Below are positions 61,191-64,000 of a stretch of DNA of 64,000 bases, piece by piece (position 1 is the stretch's first letter; every line of letters begins with the position of its first letter). This DNA is from Gemmatimonadota bacterium (GTDB lineage Bacteria; Gemmatimonadota; Gemmatimonadetes; Gemmatimonadales; GWC2-71-9). The DNA lies in NCBI GenBank assembly GCA_003169895.1, contig PNAE01000007.1, forward strand, positions 1,004,314-1,068,313, read 5' to 3'. A program made the position numbers and the translations under genes. Below the pieces are notes generated by a model that worked only from the letters and a program-made list of their open reading frames with translations, made no database searches and had not been told where the DNA came from.

Positions 61191-62879
61191 TTGCGCCTCA
61201 CCGTCGATCCGTCCCGATGCGTCGCATGCCTGGCGTGTGTACGCGTTTGCCCGACTGATGCCATCGCGCTGCCGCCCGAGGCGCGCGTGGTGGAGATCGT
61301 CGAACAGGACTGCATCCGGTGTGGTGAGTGCATCCCGGCCTGTCCTCACGACGCCATCGCGGCGACCGGTGCGGCGGAGCAGGCCCTCGCCATCGCCGAG
61401 GCGGGCGATGGCGCGTTCATCCTGGCGCCGGAGGCCGTAGCTCACTTCCATCCGGCCACGCCGGAACAGCTGGTCAACGCCTGTTATGAAGCCGGCTTCC
61501 GTATCGTTTCACGCGGCGTCATTGGTGACGAGCTTGTGGCGCAGGAATACCTCAGATTGTGGGAGGATCCCGACTGGGGCACCTTGGTGCGCTCGACCGA
61601 TCCGGTGGTCGTTGCCGCCATCACGGCGCACTATCCGGAGCTGGTGCCCTATCTGGCGCCGGTGACGACGCCAAGCGCCGCTGAGGCTCGATTCCTGCGG
61701 AGCTTGCATGGGGATACGCTTCCGGTCGTGTATGCCGGGGTCAGCGCGGTGGCAAGTGTCAAGGAACTTGACGCCACCTTGACCTTCCGGGACTTGGAGC
61801 AGCTCTTTGCATTGCGGGAAGTGCGGCCGGAATCGCTGCCGCTGACCTTCTCCCGCCTCCCCCTCGAAACCCGCCGGCATGCGTCGGTGGCTGGGGGTCT
61901 GGCGCTGGAGATGGTGGTGACTGGCTCGTCGCGGGGGCGGCGGCTGCTCACCGTGCGCGGTCTGGAGACGCTGCCTGCATTGGCTCGTGCCGTGGGGCAC
62001 GACCATATCGATCTGGGCTTTGTGGACCTGTTGTCGCACGCCGGTGCCCTGGGGCATCCGGCGGCGGGACCGAAGCAGGACCTGTATCGCCGCCGGATGC
62101 TGGTGCAGCAGTACGAGCCGGCGCGAAGCCGCACCCCGGTGCTGCCGAGCGATTCGGGAGGAGTATCGGTCACTGCGGTATTTCCTTTCGGGGAACACCG
62201 TACGCCGCCGGACGCCGTGGCGGTGCGCGCGATCCTCGAGGCGATCGGCACCGGGCCGAATGGCAAGCCGTGGGATTGCCGGGCGTGCGGCTATCCATCG
62301 TGTCACCGGTTCGCCCAGGCCGCAGCACTCGGGCGCGCGTCGCTCCGGCAATGCGTGCCGTGGTTGTCGAAGCGGGCCGACGATGCGTCGCGTGACGCGA
62401 GCACCGACGCGCTGACCGGATTGGCGAGCTACCGGTCGTTGCAGCAGCGGTTGTCGCACGAGATGGAGCGGAGCAAGCGCAGCGGTGATTCGTTCGCGGT
62501 GCTGTTCCTCGATCTCGACCGGCTCAAGGAGCTGAACGACCGCTATGGGCACGAGCGCGGCAACCTGGTGTTGCGGGTCGTGGCGGACGAAATGCGGCGG
62601 ACCATCCGTGCCACCGACCTGGCGGCGCGGTACGGGGGTGATGAATTCGTGGCACTGCTGACCCGGACCGATCGCGCCGGTGCGTTGCGCGTCGCCGATG
62701 CGGTGCGTGAAGGGGTGGAAACGGCCGGACGCAAGCTCGGGTTTCTGGCGGGGCAGATCACCGTGAGCATCGGTGTGGCGGAGTATGATCCGTCGAGCCC
62801 GAGTGAAGGGGCCTTGCTGGAGCAGGCGGATCGAGCGCTGTACTTGGCGAAGGCCGCTGGTCGCAACAATATCGCGTAG
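61191..62879 (+). CDS. Fe-S / degenerate [FeFe]-hydrogenase-like sensor domain fused to a GGDEF diguanylate cyclase
   Basis: Two CxxCxxCxxxCP ferredoxin motifs at the N-terminus. A Fe_hyd_lg_C-like region with the H-cluster Cys positions replaced. A C-x2-C-x4-C-x16-C cluster (CRACGYPSCHRF...QC). A GGDEF domain with intact GGDEF and an RxxD I-site (RATDLAARYGGDEF). Confidence 0.85.
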   Translation: MRLTVDPSRCVACLACVRVCPTDAIALPPEARVVEIVEQDCIRCGECIPACPHDAIAATGAAEQALAIAEAGDGAFILAPEAVAHFHPATPEQLVNACYEAGFRIVSRGVIGDELVAQEYLRLWEDPDWGTLVRSTDPVVVAAITAHYPELVPYLAPVTTPSAAEARFLRSLHGDTLPVVYAGVSAVASVKELDATLTFRDLEQLFALREVRPESLPLTFSRLPLETRRHASVAGGLALEMVVTGSSRGRRLLTVRGLETLPALARAVGHDHIDLGFVDLLSHAGALGHPAAGPKQDLYRRRMLVQQYEPARSRTPVLPSDSGGVSVTAVFPFGEHRTPPDAVAVRAILEAIGTGPNGKPWDCRACGYPSCHRFAQAAALGRASLRQCVPWLSKRADDASRDASTDALTGLASYRSLQQRLSHEMERSKRSGDSFAVLFLDLDRLKELNDRYGHERGNLVLRVVADEMRRTIRATDLAARYGGDEFVALLTRTDRAGALRVADAVREGVETAGRKLGFLAGQITVSIGVAEYDPSSPSEGALLEQADRALYLAKAAGRNNIA

Positions 62880-62910
62880 GACTGACGACGTTCTCGGGAA
62901 GGGACACGCC

Positions 62911-63651
62911 GTGACTGCTTCACCGCATTTTTTTGACGCCTCCGCCTCGCGACCAGGTGGCGCACCCGTGGATCCCGCAGCCGACCCTTGGGGGGTGCGG
63001 CGCGCCGAGAACCTGCTCACGTCGCTCGAGGGCATCCTCTCGGCGCGGGTGGTGACGACGCCGCTGGGCGAGGTGAGCGAGATCCACATCCTCGCCAACG
63101 CCGGGCAGCACGCCAAGCAGGTGGTGCGCAACGTGGAGTCGGCGTTGCTGGCGCACCTGGGGCTCAAGGTCGATCACCGCAAGATCTCCGTGGCCGCCAC
63201 GGCCGACGTGAAGCCATTGCAGGCGCTCGATCTTGGCGCGGTGCGCGCCCGGGCGGGCCAGCGGGTGGTGTTGTTCGAGGAGTTGGCGATGGCGACGGTG
63301 CCGCATGCGCGCCGGCTGACGGCGACGGTGACGCTGGCGGCCGAGGGGCGCACCGAGACGGTGACCGAGGAAGGCCCCGACACGCAGCGGAACCGGATGG
63401 AGACGGCGGCTCGCGCGGCGGTGGTGGCGCTGGGCCGGTTGTTCGACGCGCAGTCGCTGGCGCTGGAAGGCGCCCAGGCGATCGAGCTGTTCGACCGGAG
63501 CCTGGCACTGGTGGGTGTGCTGGTGAGCGGTACGCGTGATTCGCGGCTGCTCGTGGGGACGGCCGAGGTGCGGGAGAGCATGGAACACGCGGCGGTGTAT
63601 GCGGTGCTCGACGCCACCAATCGGTGGTCTGTGGCGCATCGCCCGAGGTGA
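62911..63651 (+). CDS. Hypothetical protein
   Basis: GTG 62911 lies 32 nt after the GGDEF gene stop. 246 aa, with high third-position GC. No family recognised. Confidence 0.5.
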   Translation: MTASPHFFDASASRPGGAPVDPAADPWGVRRAENLLTSLEGILSARVVTTPLGEVSEIHILANAGQHAKQVVRNVESALLAHLGLKVDHRKISVAATADVKPLQALDLGAVRARAGQRVVLFEELAMATVPHARRLTATVTLAAEGRTETVTEEGPDTQRNRMETAARAAVVALGRLFDAQSLALEGAQAIELFDRSLALVGVLVSGTRDSRLLVGTAEVRESMEHAAVYAVLDATNRWSVAHRPR

Positions 63652-64000
63652 TCGATGGGCGTTGCGCGAGGAATTCGAGGATAAAGGGAGCTGGGCGCGG
63701 CGCCAAGAGTCCGATAACGAAGCGATGATCGGTGCAAGGGCGCGCCATGCGACGCCCGTACACCAGAGAGCATAAAGCGGTCGACGCCCGCGCGACGATG
63801 CGGGCAGCACGGTTGATGATTGGCGCTCGCGGGGTGATGCGGGCATCACAGCGGAAATGAAAGGAAAAATCGGGGGGAAATCCCAGAGATCCGGCTTTGA
63901 GCGGAGTAGAGCGGCAAAAAATAGCGAAGCGTCCGGTGAACCATAGCGGGGTTCGCCACTCGTCGTAGGACTTTGGCAGTGTGACGGGAGGTGACGCAAA

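Noticed and set aside
63740-63900. RNase P RNA-like strings (..CCAGAGAGCATAAAGCGG.., ..GGGGGGAAATCCC..)
   Set aside because: The universally conserved GAGGAAAGTCCGGGC core and the overall helix order are absent. The resemblance is superficial.
63940-64000. A c-di-GMP (GEMM-I) riboswitch suggested by ..GGCAGTGTGACGGGAGGTGACGCAAA at the window end
   Set aside because: Only the GACGCAAA-like fragment matches. The expected GGCAAA-P1 hairpin with GNRA tetraloop is not formed, and the element would be truncated by the window edge.

Overview
This is 64 kb of very GC-rich, gene-dense bacterial chromosome, probably from an environmental lineage. I could not verify the taxon. I can support about 60 protein-coding genes. 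I saw no rRNA, tRNA, CRISPR array or transposase. Coordinates follow the supplied ORF track, with starts refined by hand where an internal ATG or GTG fits better (signal peptide, RBS, or a 4-nt ATGA/GTGA overlap with the upstream stop codon).

Layout:
(1) 0-13.3 kb is housekeeping: an M1 peptidase fragment, an MBL-rhodanese fusion, S1/P1 nuclease, MFS, VKOR, prfC, selO, ABC-F, a cytochrome b plus Moco oxidoreductase pair, and an S4-domain protein.
(2) 13.3-41.7 kb is a type IV pilus super-locus. It begins with a PilS-like six-TM histidine kinase and a PilR-like sigma-54 activator. A block of about 20 kb follows, encoding seven GT-C-fold-like polytopic membrane proteins, two GT2 enzymes, a DUF2304-like protein, a SAM methyltransferase, a HAD hydrolase and a UbiA-family (DPPR-synthase-like) prenyltransferase. 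Then come back-to-back divergent sigma-54 promoter motifs, three pilin paralogues, three minor-pilin-like genes and pilMNOPQ.
(3) 41.8-50.8 kb carries aroC-aroK and topA-trmFO-xerC-hslV-hslU.
(4) 50.9-53.6 kb is a small, visibly lower-GC islet with orphan genes and a decayed amidohydrolase.
(5) 53.6-64 kb carries argF, a GcvT/YgfZ-like gene, mog, a second sigma-54 activator with a degenerate receiver, a full M1 peptidase, a 5'-truncated FtsX permease, and an Fe-S/degenerate-[FeFe]-hydrogenase-like GGDEF protein.

Most interesting hypothesis: the glycosyltransferase block wedged between pilSR and the pilins is a lipid-carrier-dependent glycosylation system tied to the pilus. The two are physically linked and share divergent sigma-54 promoter motifs.

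Most unusual sequence-level signal: a family of heptanucleotide-phased repeat arrays (GAGACGA, GTGAGAC, GTAAGAG, GTGAAAG and TCGAnCC units). Most form long imperfect hairpins that begin within a few nt of stop codons, and two copies are embedded in a coding sequence.
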